A stretch of 64,000 nt of DNA, taken from contig OZ243916.1 in the NCBI GenBank assembly GCA_965213675.1, positions 1,088,001-1,152,000 of the forward strand, given 5' to 3'. This DNA is from an uncultured Candidatus Binatia bacterium. Its GTDB lineage: Bacteria > Desulfobacterota > Binatia > UBA9968 > JAJDTQ01. Position 1 is the first letter of the stretch. Every line of letters starts with the position of its first letter. This document shows, one piece after another, positions 17,383 to 26,836 of the stretch. A model generated the notes under the pieces. It ran no database searches. It saw only the letters and a program-made list of their open reading frames with translations, and was not told the origin of the DNA. A program made the translations under genes and the position numbers.

Positions 17383-18861
17383 CTATGGCCGGTGGCCCCG
17401 CACCACCCGCTCCAGTTCGTCTTTCCACTTGGCGGTCACGCTGTCGCGGGTCTCCGTATCAATTTCGCTCACCGCCGGGAACTGGTCCTTCCACTCGAAG
17501 GGACGCGTGGCGTCGATAATGGCGCGGGAGTTGAGGCCCTTTTTGTCGCGCGGGATGATGGGATCCAGCGGCCCGCTCCAGGTGCGGCGGATGATGTCGA
17601 TGGATTCCTCCGGGTTGGAGCGGGTGCACATGGCCCACACCACCTCGTCCAGCCTGGTGATGTCCACATCGTCGTCCACCACCACCACGTAGCGGCCGAG
17701 ATAGGCGCCGGCGTGGCACTGGGCGGCCATCATCGCCGCCTGCTTGGCATGGCCCGGATAACGCTGCCGGATGGCGATAACGATCATGAAACGCTGGGCC
17801 GGCGGCGGCACGTACACGCCGGCGACATCCGGCACCCCGCCTCGCTCCACTCCGTTCCAGATCATGGCCGAGCGCAGCATGGAGCGGTACATGCCGTGGA
17901 TGGTGGGGCGGAACGGCGGCGCGCCCGTGAGGATCGGGTTGTCCCGGTGGTACATGGCCTTCAACTGCACCACCGGCTCGGCCCGGCGCGCGCTGGCATA
18001 GTAACCGGTCCACTCGCCGAAGGGCCCCTCGGGGCGGGTGTCGCCGGGGATGATCTCCCCTTCCACCACGATCTCGGCGGCGGCGGGCACGCGCAGTCCG
18101 GTAAGCGGCGCCTCGACAACGCTCAGTGGCTGCCCCACCAGCCCGCCCGCCCACGCATACTCGCTGACGCCGGGTGGAACCGCCTGCGACGCCGCCACGA
18201 ACATCAACGGGTGCTGGCCGAAGGCCATGGCCACCTGCACCGGCTTGCCCGCCCGGAGCGTCTTCTCCATGTGCATGCGCCCGTGCTTGCCCGGCGAGAT
18301 GTAGAGCGCCAGCTTGTCGCCCTCGTGCACCATGACGCGGTAGCAGCCCACGTTCTCATCGCCGGTCTCGGGGTCCCGCGTGACCACCAGATGCGCCGTG
18401 CCCAGGTAGCGGCCACCGTCCCCCGCGTGCCAGCGCGGCACCGGGATGTCGAGGATGTTGATGTCCGCGCCGGTGCGCCGGTTCTCCATCACCGGCCCCG
18501 TGGCCAGCACGCGCGGTTCCATCGGTTGGAGATTGGCCAGCCGCGTTCTCAAGCGGTCGATGACCTCGAGGGTGCCGAGGTCCGGCGGCAGGTTGAGAGC
18601 GAGCGCGGTGCGCTCCATGGTCTCCATCATGTTGGCGAGGACCCGGCCCTTGCCCTCGTGGCCCACGACGTTCTCGAACAGCAGCGCCGGCGGGGTGGGC
18701 GAGCGTTCGCATATGATCTCATTGAGCGCGCCCACCTCCAGGTCCCAGTGGGCGCCGGAGATACGTTCGAGCTGCCCCATCTCCTCCACCCGGGAAAGCC
18801 AGAGACGGAGGTCGTCGAACGAGTTCACTTCCGGGTTCGGTGTCGGTTGCGGTCTTGCCAT
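17383..18861 (-). CDS. UbiD-family decarboxylase
   Basis: LLFENV, GCYR, EGPFGEWTGYY, VVDDDVD. Confidence 0.95.
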   Translation of the reverse strand: MARPQPTPNPEVNSFDDLRLWLSRVEEMGQLERISGAHWDLEVGALNEIICERSPTPPALLFENVVGHEGKGRVLANMMETMERTALALNLPPDLGTLEVIDRLRTRLANLQPMEPRVLATGPVMENRRTGADINILDIPVPRWHAGDGGRYLGTAHLVVTRDPETGDENVGCYRVMVHEGDKLALYISPGKHGRMHMEKTLRAGKPVQVAMAFGQHPLMFVAASQAVPPGVSEYAWAGGLVGQPLSVVEAPLTGLRVPAAAEIVVEGEIIPGDTRPEGPFGEWTGYYASARRAEPVVQLKAMYHRDNPILTGAPPFRPTIHGMYRSMLRSAMIWNGVERGGVPDVAGVYVPPPAQRFMIVIAIRQRYPGHAKQAAMMAAQCHAGAYLGRYVVVVDDDVDITRLDEVVWAMCTRSNPEESIDIIRRTWSGPLDPIIPRDKKGLNSRAIIDATRPFEWKDQFPAVSEIDTETRDSVTAKWKDELERVVRGHRP

Positions 18862-19032
18862 GGGTCACCTCTCGAAAAACGTTACACGGTTGTCCCCGGC
18901 CATGCGAGGAAACAGGCGGGCTTTAAACCCGCCGCCAGATTTGCCGCGCCGGGTCTCATGGGCGCACGACGCACCGTCCACAAGCGCGACGGGTCTCCCA
19001 AACGCTGCACTTATTCCGCAAACTTCGGGTCT

Positions 19033-20040
19033 CTATTCCGGTTCCGTCAGCTCCCACGTGTCGGGCGCGAACAGCTCCTCGGGCGAAAGGTTGCGCTCGC
19101 AGATGCCCTGGGCCTCGCAGTACTCGATGAACGTGTTGATGGCGTGGCGGTTGGCGTCGAGGCCGAAGGGACACGGATCGCCGCCGAACACCGTTCCTTC
19201 CTCGTCCAGCGCGCGCTGGCGCCACGCCACCACCATGCTCGGCATGTCCGCGTACCACTGCCGCGCGTGCCGCTTGGCCCGGCTGAACAGGTCGAACAGG
19301 GCTGGCGCCACCTCGGGGTTCCGTTCCAGCACCGTCTTCCTGACTGCCAGCACGTGCATGATGGGGAATAGGCCCGTCTTGGTGAAGTAGCGCGCCTCCA
19401 CTTCGCCATAGTCCTCGAACAGCCGCTTCAGCGCCGGGTCGGCGAGAAGCGCCGGGAGCTGCGTCTCCGTGACCCCGAGCATGTCCAGCCGTCCCTCGCG
19501 CAGCGCCCGCATGGCGCGCTCGGCGGCGCTCCCCTGCCCTTGCAGCACCTCGATGACGGCGCCGCCCGGAAGCGTCACCGTGCTCTCGGTGACGCCGTCG
19601 TCCCAGTGGTGCAGCGAAGCCGCGACCCATTGGGAATTCTTCGGCGTCACGCCGTACTCGTCCACGAGCATGCCGCGGATCCACACCGCCGCGGTCTGCA
19701 CCCAGCGCAGGCAACCCAGACGCTTGCCCACGAGGTCCCGCGGCGCGTCCACGCCCGCGTCGCGCCGCACCACGATGAAGCCATGCCGGAACATGCGTGA
19801 GGGGAACACGGGTATGCCGATGAAGTCGTTCTGATTGCGCGACGTGTAGTAGATCAACTCGGCCAGGGACATCTCGGAGACGTCGAACTCGCCCCGGTAC
19901 ATGGCCGCGAACATGCCCTGCACGCTCACCTGCTCCACCGGCTCCAGGCCGATTCCCGGAGCGGTCAGGACGCCGCGGAGGATGGCGTTGGTGCCATCGT
20001 AGTTGCGGCACGCAAGACGGAGATGAGTGGGGTCGGACAT
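19033..20040 (-). CDS. 4,5-dihydroxyphthalate decarboxylase (OphC/Pht5)-like protein, SBP fold
   Basis: FDVSEMSL, IPVFPSRMFRHG, QTAAVWIRGML, TGLFPIMH; no signal peptide. Confidence 0.85.
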   Translation of the reverse strand: MSDPTHLRLACRNYDGTNAILRGVLTAPGIGLEPVEQVSVQGMFAAMYRGEFDVSEMSLAELIYYTSRNQNDFIGIPVFPSRMFRHGFIVVRRDAGVDAPRDLVGKRLGCLRWVQTAAVWIRGMLVDEYGVTPKNSQWVAASLHHWDDGVTESTVTLPGGAVIEVLQGQGSAAERAMRALREGRLDMLGVTETQLPALLADPALKRLFEDYGEVEARYFTKTGLFPIMHVLAVRKTVLERNPEVAPALFDLFSRAKRHARQWYADMPSMVVAWRQRALDEEGTVFGGDPCPFGLDANRHAINTFIEYCEAQGICERNLSPEELFAPDTWELTEPE

Positions 20041-20133
20041 GGCAAAGGAACTCAGCAGACTGTGTGAAGACTCAAGAGGCAACCACGTAATGGAACGTCA
20101 TGTCTTCTCCGAGCAGTGTCTTGACACAACCGC

Positions 20134-21738
20134 TCACGTGGGCTTGACCCTGCGCCGCGCCAGCTTGGCGCCGGTCTGGAGGTAGTCGCTCTTCACCGCA
20201 AGTTGCGCCTCTTCTTCCCACTCGTCGTCCCACTGGCCCAGGGAGTAGCCGTACCACGGCGCCTGGGGCTTGAGCGGCGGCAACTCCAGCCGGTTCCACA
20301 ACTCCAGGGCGTGTTCCATGAATTCGCGTTTGGGCAGCGAAATGGGCGGAAACGGCTCCTTGAGGATGGCGTTGATGAGCATGCCGGAGTCGGTGGCCGG
20401 CTGGTAGAACAGCTCCTTGGCCGTGATCAGGCCGCCTTCGTCCTCAAAGGGCGGCGCATGGCCCTTGACCCGGCCCGGCTGGATCACCACGTCCTGGTGC
20501 GGCTTGGAACGGTAGCAGATGGCCCACCATACCGCGTCCAGGTTGTGGGGGTCGATGTCGTCGTCCACCGCGATGGCGATCTTGCCGACGCCGTGCTGGT
20601 AGTTGGCGATGCTGTTCAGCGCGCGCCACACGTCGCCCTCGGCAGGCTTGCGCATCTGCACGATGACGAGCTTGCGCAGGTTGGTGAGGGGCTCGTGCAT
20701 GGCCACCTGGGTGACGCTCTTGATGCCCACCGTGTCCCGCAGGTACCGGCACAAGAGCGGCTCGTAGCCCACCTTCTTGATGACGCTCGACTCGCTCGGG
20801 GTCACCTGGCTGATGAACGAGCACAGCACGGGCTTGCGCTTCATGGTGATGGCGGTGACCTCCATGAAGGGCGACACCGTGCGCGGGTGCAGGTAGCCGT
20901 GGGACTCGCCGAAGGGACCCTCGGGCTCCACAAAGTCGGTGTTGATAAGCCCTTCGATGACGATCTCGGCGTTGGCCGGCACCTCGAGGTTCACGGTCTT
21001 GCAGCGCACCAGTTGGATGGGCTCCCCCGCAAGACCGCCGGCGATGCCCATCTCGTCCACGCCGGGCGGCACCTTCTGCACGGTGCCGTAGGAGACCACC
21101 GGCGGCGCCCCCACCACCAGCGCCGCGTGCAGCGGCTCGCCGCGTTCCCGGCACTTGTCCCAGTGCGGGAAAATGTGCTGGTGCATGCCGGCGTACATGC
21201 CCACGCGCTTCTGGCTCTTGATCTGGCCACGGTAGTTGCCCTGGTTGCGCACGCCCGTCTCCGGGTCCTTGGTGAACCAGTGGGAGCAGGTGGTGTAGGG
21301 GGCGTTGTCGAACCCCGGCGTGGAGATGGGCACCGGAAGCTGCAAGAGCCCGCCGCCCTCAATGTCGAGGTCGGCGCCCTGGAGCACCACCTCGTGCACC
21401 GGCCCGGAATCCACGATGGCGGGCTCGATGGGGTTCGCCAAGGCGTGTGCCCAGAGTTCCGGAATCTCCTCCACCGGGCGTTGCAGTCCCACCGAATAGA
21501 CCTGGGGCGACGCCGCCAGCGCAGCCACCGCCACCGGCATGTCGTAGGCGCGTCCGTGGCTGTCCACCACGTTCTCGAACAGGAACGCCTTGCGCTCCGC
21601 CTCTGGCAGGCCGCCGCGGAACTGCCAGCGCACCAGCGGGTGCATTTCCGTGTCCTTGTTGATGGGGTGCCGGACGCGCAACAGCAGTCCGGCGGCTTCG
21701 AGGTTGGACAGGTGTTCCTGCAGATCGGGATAGGACAT
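20134..21738 (-). CDS. UbiD-family decarboxylase (long subtype)
   Basis: AFLFENV, GNYR, EGPFGESHGY, VDDDID. Confidence 0.95.
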   Translation of the reverse strand: MSYPDLQEHLSNLEAAGLLLRVRHPINKDTEMHPLVRWQFRGGLPEAERKAFLFENVVDSHGRAYDMPVAVAALAASPQVYSVGLQRPVEEIPELWAHALANPIEPAIVDSGPVHEVVLQGADLDIEGGGLLQLPVPISTPGFDNAPYTTCSHWFTKDPETGVRNQGNYRGQIKSQKRVGMYAGMHQHIFPHWDKCRERGEPLHAALVVGAPPVVSYGTVQKVPPGVDEMGIAGGLAGEPIQLVRCKTVNLEVPANAEIVIEGLINTDFVEPEGPFGESHGYLHPRTVSPFMEVTAITMKRKPVLCSFISQVTPSESSVIKKVGYEPLLCRYLRDTVGIKSVTQVAMHEPLTNLRKLVIVQMRKPAEGDVWRALNSIANYQHGVGKIAIAVDDDIDPHNLDAVWWAICYRSKPHQDVVIQPGRVKGHAPPFEDEGGLITAKELFYQPATDSGMLINAILKEPFPPISLPKREFMEHALELWNRLELPPLKPQAPWYGYSLGQWDDEWEEEAQLAVKSDYLQTGAKLARRRVKPT

Positions 21739-21760
21739 ATCAGGCTCGCCTTCTTGACCT

Positions 21761-21864
21761 CAACGTTGCAAGAGCGTTCGTAGAGAGCGATTCGAAACAC
21801 GGCCTACGACGCGTCATTCCCGCGAAAGCTTGCCCTCGACCCCGATCGGGGGCGGGAATCCAGG
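21761..21864 (-). repeat. Composite REP (GTCATTCCCGCG..GCGGGAATCC) plus extension shared with 30866-30926
   Basis: 21761-21821 matches 30866-30926 at about 56/61 nt by manual alignment. Confidence 0.75.
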
Positions 21865-21876
21865 CCGGCCAGGCTC

Positions 21877-22896
21877 CTAGGCGCCGTTGCCGCCGATACG
21901 CTGCTCTTCGCGGTAGAGCGCCAGCGCTTCCAGCACTGGCCGGTCGTTCATGGAAAACAGCACGGCCTCCTCGCCGAAGGGGTTCTCGTGGCGGTGCCAC
22001 TGCCAGTTGGGGATCATGAACGAATCGCCCTTCTCCCACTCCAGGCAGCCCTCGCCCACAGCGGTGCGGCCACGCCCGCGGAACACATGGTACAGCGATG
22101 TGCTGGTGTGGCGGTGGGCGCCGGTCACCCATCCCGGCTTGAGCATCTGCGCCTCGCACGAAAGAGTCGCCAAGGTGTAGCCGCCGGTCACCGGGTTGAT
22201 GTAGCGCACCAGATGACCGTCGAAGGGATCGGCCTCGGCATCGGGGATATTGTGCAGCGATGCGTCGGTGTCCTCCCAGCGATAGCGGAACGGCAAGCCC
22301 CGGCGCGCGCACTCCGCCTGAGCCGGCGGGCGCGCGAAGCCGAAACGCATCTGCGCGTCGCCGTCGGCGCGGGTCACGCCCTGGGTTTCGTTGTCGTGGT
22401 TCTCGAAGAACAGCACGTTGAGGGCGTTGATAAGCGGACCGTCGAGGCCGTCGAGCCAGACGATGGGCTCGTCCGACACGTTGTGGTGTTCGTGCCAGGT
22501 CCAGTTGGGGGTCAGGATCAGGTCCCCCTCGCGCATGGGGAAGCGCTCGCCCTCCACCAGCGTGAAAGCGCCGCTCCCCTTCACCACGAAGCGAATGGCG
22601 GCCATGTTGTGGCGGTGCGGCCGGGCGATTTCGCCCGGGTTCACCACCGAGAAGGTGAACAGCAGTGTCCGGGAAGTGGCGCGGGTGGGATTCTCCGGGT
22701 TCACCAGCCGGATGGCCCGGCGTTCCGCCAGCTCCAGCCCCACGGACTCCCTGGCGTCCATCAGGCACGGGTAAACCTCGCGCCACTTCCACAGGCACGG
22801 CGCCTCGTCCTGATGCTCGGGCGTACGCGTGTTCCAGAAGCCCGAAAGCTGGTGCTCCGCCAGCGACGCGTTGAGGTCCTTGAGGTCCATCTTCAT
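21877..22896 (-). CDS. Gentisate 1,2-dioxygenase-like bicupin
   Basis: HRHNMAAIRF..PNWTWHEH, WLDGLD, YINPVTGG, second HRH..WHRH. Confidence 0.9.
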   Translation of the reverse strand: MKMDLKDLNASLAEHQLSGFWNTRTPEHQDEAPCLWKWREVYPCLMDARESVGLELAERRAIRLVNPENPTRATSRTLLFTFSVVNPGEIARPHRHNMAAIRFVVKGSGAFTLVEGERFPMREGDLILTPNWTWHEHHNVSDEPIVWLDGLDGPLINALNVLFFENHDNETQGVTRADGDAQMRFGFARPPAQAECARRGLPFRYRWEDTDASLHNIPDAEADPFDGHLVRYINPVTGGYTLATLSCEAQMLKPGWVTGAHRHTSTSLYHVFRGRGRTAVGEGCLEWEKGDSFMIPNWQWHRHENPFGEEAVLFSMNDRPVLEALALYREEQRIGGNGA

Positions 22897-23110
22897 GGGA
22901 GTTTCCTCGAATGCAGAAGCCGAAACCGCGCGTTTCATTGCCGGTCCGCGCCGCCCCTTGGCCGGCACGGACGGTTTCACATCCACGTGCCCCGCCAGGA
23001 CACTGCCCGTGCAGGGAAGACCGGCCCGCCCTCGCCAAGGCGCCCGCGATGGACACCACGCCGATACCGGGACGACGGCAACGCGGTGCAGGGGCGTCCG
23101 GCGGTCGTCC

Positions 23111-23821
23111 CTACACGGACAGGCGCGCCATGGCCGCGGCCATGCCGCCGAAATAGGCCCGGTGGAGGTCCATGGACTCCCTGGCGGTGTTCAGCACTCC
23201 AGCCTCGCCGTCCTTGGGCACGTAGCGTTCCAGGATGTCCAGAAACATCTCCGAGTGCTTCTCGTCCGCGGCCCGATGGGCGGTGAAGTTGGGCATCTGT
23301 TCATCGGTGAGCTTCAGGTCGTTGCTCCAGCGCTCGTACAACCGGCCGCAATTGCCCCCGCCCAGGTCGCTCAGCAGGCGGTCGTCGTTGGTCCATTCGG
23401 CGATGGTGGACGCGGCCAGGGCCTCCTGCCACGGGCGCGTACGCGCGATCCAGAACCAGCCGAACACCGCCGCCCGGGTGGTGGGTAGCGGCTCGGCGTC
23501 CACCACCTCCTGTTCGCTGAGGCCCACTTCCCGTGCCTGCCGGAAGATCAGGTCCAGGTGGCCGTGATCCGAGTACTCGTCCTCCACCAGCTCCTCGTAC
23601 TCGTGGGACATGATGCGCTGCTTCACCACGAACACGGGACAGTTGGCGGCCACCTGGGGCCAGTAGTCTCGCCGGCGCCGCACGTAAATCCCCAGTTGCG
23701 AAAGGTAGAGCTGCGCCCGCTCGGTCGTGATCCGGGTGTCATAGAATTGCCCCAGCTCCGGAGAGCGAAAGTAATCCCTGACGATCTCGCCAAGCTCGTT
23801 GCGCCATTCCTTCGTATTCAT
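23111..23821 (-). CDS. Heme-oxygenase-like diiron protein (PqqC/CADD-like)
   Basis: YEEL..HGH, IAEW, FTAHRAADEKH; AAGGAGG RBS before ATG 23821. Confidence 0.82.
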   Translation of the reverse strand: MNTKEWRNELGEIVRDYFRSPELGQFYDTRITTERAQLYLSQLGIYVRRRRDYWPQVAANCPVFVVKQRIMSHEYEELVEDEYSDHGHLDLIFRQAREVGLSEQEVVDAEPLPTTRAAVFGWFWIARTRPWQEALAASTIAEWTNDDRLLSDLGGGNCGRLYERWSNDLKLTDEQMPNFTAHRAADEKHSEMFLDILERYVPKDGEAGVLNTARESMDLHRAYFGGMAAAMARLSV

Positions 23822-23871
23822 GGCTGTCCTCCTTGCGTCCGGCGCGTCACAGAACGCCAGGGCACACGACG

Positions 23872-24765
23872 CTAATCCCGCGCCGCCGCCAGCGCGTTGT
23901 TGAGCCGCGTGGCCTGTTCGCTGCTCAGATCCTTGGTAGGCCAGCGCGGGAAGTCCACCACCGGCAGGTCCCGCAGCTTGAGCGACTCGCGCAGTACCGA
24001 GCGGCCCGCGGTCCGTTGCAGGTCGCCGATGACCGCGGTGAACTCGATCACCCTCCGCTGCAGTTCCACCGCCTCCCCGAGCTTGCCCGTGGTGGTGGCG
24101 TTCCACAGGTTCACCAGAAGTTCGGGAATGGCCACGGTCAACGGATGGATCGACCCGGCGAGGCCCCACAGCGCTCCCGGCATGATCAGGGTGGCGGAAC
24201 CGGAGAAGACCGAGCAGGTGGCCGGCAGCGCGCGCACGAAGGCGAGTTGCTGCTCCAACGGGATGAACGACATCTTGATGCCGCAGGCCTGGGGCACCTC
24301 CTCGCACAACCGCCGGGTCCATGGCGCGGTCATGCGATAGCCGCTGTTCACCGCATTGTTGTAGATGAACATCGGGTACTCGATGGCCTCGTATACCTTG
24401 ACGTAATGCATCAGCACTTCGTCGTCGAGGTGGTCGAAGTAGTACGGCGGCACCACGCCCACCACGTCCGCGCCCTGGTCCCGGGCGTCCCTGGCGAGGT
24501 CGATGGTGGTGGGGGTGTCCGCGGTGCCGGCGTGAATCACCACCGGAATGCGCCCGGCCACCCGGTCGATGACGAGCTTGGCGGTGCGCTTGCGTTCGTC
24601 CGGCGCAAGCGCCGGCCCCTGGCCGAAGGTGCCCAGCACGAACAGGCCGTGCACCCCCGCCTCCACGTAGAAATCCGTCAACGCCAGCACCGCGTTTTCA
24701 TCCACCGCGCCGGTGCCGGTGAACGGCGTTGGCAGCGGAATGTACATTCCCTTCAAACGTTCCAT
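23872..24765 (-). CDS. DHDPS/N-acetylneuraminate lyase family aldolase
   Basis: LPTPF, GTFGQG, PPYY, IYNN, Schiff-base Lys in GIKMS. Confidence 0.9.
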   Translation of the reverse strand: MERLKGMYIPLPTPFTGTGAVDENAVLALTDFYVEAGVHGLFVLGTFGQGPALAPDERKRTAKLVIDRVAGRIPVVIHAGTADTPTTIDLARDARDQGADVVGVVPPYYFDHLDDEVLMHYVKVYEAIEYPMFIYNNAVNSGYRMTAPWTRRLCEEVPQACGIKMSFIPLEQQLAFVRALPATCSVFSGSATLIMPGALWGLAGSIHPLTVAIPELLVNLWNATTTGKLGEAVELQRRVIEFTAVIGDLQRTAGRSVLRESLKLRDLPVVDFPRWPTKDLSSEQATRLNNALAAARD

Positions 24766-24799
24766 GGTTCGACTCCTTGTTGAGAGGATCGCGTCACCG

Positions 24800-25843
24800 T
24801 CACTTCTTGCCCTCCACCAGAGCCAGCACCCGCGCCTTCTCGTCCGCCGGCATCCCGAGGAACTCCTGAACGTACGCTTGCAAATCCGCGCCCTTCACCG
24901 GATTGATCTCGACCCGGCGCTTCCTGGCTTCCGCCAGAAACTCAGGGTCCGCCATGGTGGCGTCGAATGCCTTGCGAAGCTCCGCCACGCGCTCCTTCGG
25001 CACCTTCGGACCCACCAGGAACGCCCGCGCGAACTGGTACGGCACCGTGGTGGTCAAATGAATCAGGCGCCGCTGCGCGTCGGTGCTGGCGAGCTGGGGC
25101 ATGGTGGGAACGTCGCCGCCGAGCTCCGGGATGGGTTTCGGACTCACTTGCATCAGCACCTTGTACTCACCCGTGCGAAGCTGCTCGCTGCTGGTGGACT
25201 TGAGGGAGGCCCAGCCGTTGAACACTCCGTCCAACTCGCCGCTCTCCATGGCCAGCCGTATGCGCGAGGTGCCCCCGTACCCGGTGACGAGGCGGACCTT
25301 TCCGCCGAGCGTGTCGCGCAGCAGTTGCGCCGCCACGTCGGTGGGCGACCCCGTACTGATGCCGCCCAGCGAAATCTCCCGGCCCCTGGGACCAAACACA
25401 TCCTCGACGCTGTTGAATCCGGACTGCCGCGTCACCACCAGCACCGAGGACTGCACATGGGTGGCGCCGATGTACTGGAAGCGCCGGGCGTCGTACTTGA
25501 CCTGCGAGATGCCGGTCAACTGCTTGATCACGGACGAGCCGCCCACATGCAGCACCTCCGTGCCGTTCTGCCGTGACGAATGATAGACGTAGTTGGCGGA
25601 CAGCAGCCCGCCGGCCCCCGGACGGTTCTCCACGATCATCTTCGGCGCGCCCGGGAGATGTCGGTGGAGGTGGCGCGCGACATAGCGCGCGTACGTGTCG
25701 TAGCCCCCGCCGGGCGAGTACGCCACGATGATGCGCACGGTCTTGCCGGCGTACGAGTCCGCGGCGGCCGCGGCGCCCCACGCACCGAGCGCGAAAACGA
25801 CGGCTGCAAGAATGGCTGTCAGCGCGAAGCGCCTGATATTCAT
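24800..25843 (-). CDS. Tripartite tricarboxylate transporter substrate-binding protein (TctC/Bug)
   Basis: Signal peptide, YSPGGGYD, VENRPGAGG, GYGGT..GELDG. Confidence 0.9.
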   Translation of the reverse strand: MNIRRFALTAILAAVVFALGAWGAAAAADSYAGKTVRIIVAYSPGGGYDTYARYVARHLHRHLPGAPKMIVENRPGAGGLLSANYVYHSSRQNGTEVLHVGGSSVIKQLTGISQVKYDARRFQYIGATHVQSSVLVVTRQSGFNSVEDVFGPRGREISLGGISTGSPTDVAAQLLRDTLGGKVRLVTGYGGTSRIRLAMESGELDGVFNGWASLKSTSSEQLRTGEYKVLMQVSPKPIPELGGDVPTMPQLASTDAQRRLIHLTTTVPYQFARAFLVGPKVPKERVAELRKAFDATMADPEFLAEARKRRVEINPVKGADLQAYVQEFLGMPADEKARVLALVEGKK

Positions 25844-25927
25844 CAAGTCCTCCGATCCTGAAGTTCGCCGCCCACGGGGCAACGCCCCGGCGGATGCGGC
25901 GACACGATGTGACACGGTAATGGAGGG

Positions 25928-25956
25928 GTAATAGGCCCAACCGCCCGTGCTGTCAA
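25928..25956 (-). promoter_or_regulatory. Sigma70-like promoter
   Basis: TTGACA-N17-TATTAC on the minus strand upstream of tctC-like gene. Confidence 0.45.
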
Positions 25957-26096
25957 CATGACGGACAGGGCCGTTTCACGCTGACTGGGATCCTTGTCGA
26001 GGGCCGGATTGTCCTTCCCTTGAACCACGACCGCGCCGCGCCGCACGGCTCTCTTGTCCGGCAACGTCCCCGCGGCGACGGTTTGATCCGGTCCGG

Positions 26097-26768
26097 TCAG
26101 CGTAGCGCCGTCACCTCGATTTCGATCAGCTTGCCCACGGCCGAATAGCCGTCCACGAACGAGCACTCCATGTTTTCCCCGGAGACCCTTGTGGCCTCGG
26201 CGACAGCCCGCTTCAGCGCCGCCGGGTCTTCATCGCGGTGGAGGAAGCAGGACACCCGCGCCACCTTCGCCCAGGATGCCCCGGCGTGCTCCAGGGATCC
26301 ACCGATGAGGCCGCAGACCTCCGTTGCCTGCTGGCGCAGGTCGCCGGTGGTGGAGGTGACGCCCGAGAGAAACACCCTGCCCTCCAGATCGAGGTAGCGC
26401 AGCGGCACGATGGGCGGGTCGTATTCCACGAGCTTCTTCCCGGCGCCGGATCGCATGGCGATGAAGTCCAGGGCCACGCTGGCGTTCGAATCGAGGTGCG
26501 CCGGCGCGATGTAGCTGGAGCTGGCCGAGCGCGCCTTGCCCTTCATGCGCCGCGCGCGCGCCCGGCTCCCCAGGTTCCGGCTCTCCCGGTCCCGCGCCCA
26601 CAGGCGTGTCCGCACGGTGTCGTCGAGGGAGTAGCCGAGCGCGCCGATTCCCTCCACGATGCGGTCGAGAATCCCCTCCACGCCCGCATCGCCCGTCGCC
26701 CCGGCGGCGCCCTCGCAGGAGACCGCGACGCATTCGCGGCCGAGCCATTCAAAGGTTTTCATGCGCAT
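26097..26768 (-). CDS. Tandem-domain RidA/YjgF-like protein
   Basis: VFLSG, LEHAGASW, C-terminal LIEIEVTA; N-terminal half looks like a degenerate second copy. Confidence 0.75.
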   Translation of the reverse strand: MRMKTFEWLGRECVAVSCEGAAGATGDAGVEGILDRIVEGIGALGYSLDDTVRTRLWARDRESRNLGSRARARRMKGKARSASSSYIAPAHLDSNASVALDFIAMRSGAGKKLVEYDPPIVPLRYLDLEGRVFLSGVTSTTGDLRQQATEVCGLIGGSLEHAGASWAKVARVSCFLHRDEDPAALKRAVAEATRVSGENMECSFVDGYSAVGKLIEIEVTALR

Positions 26769-26836
26769 GACATCGCTCCCGAATTCTGTGGCGCCACGCC
26801 TCGCACCGATTCCACGGCCGGAGGCGGCGCAGGCTC

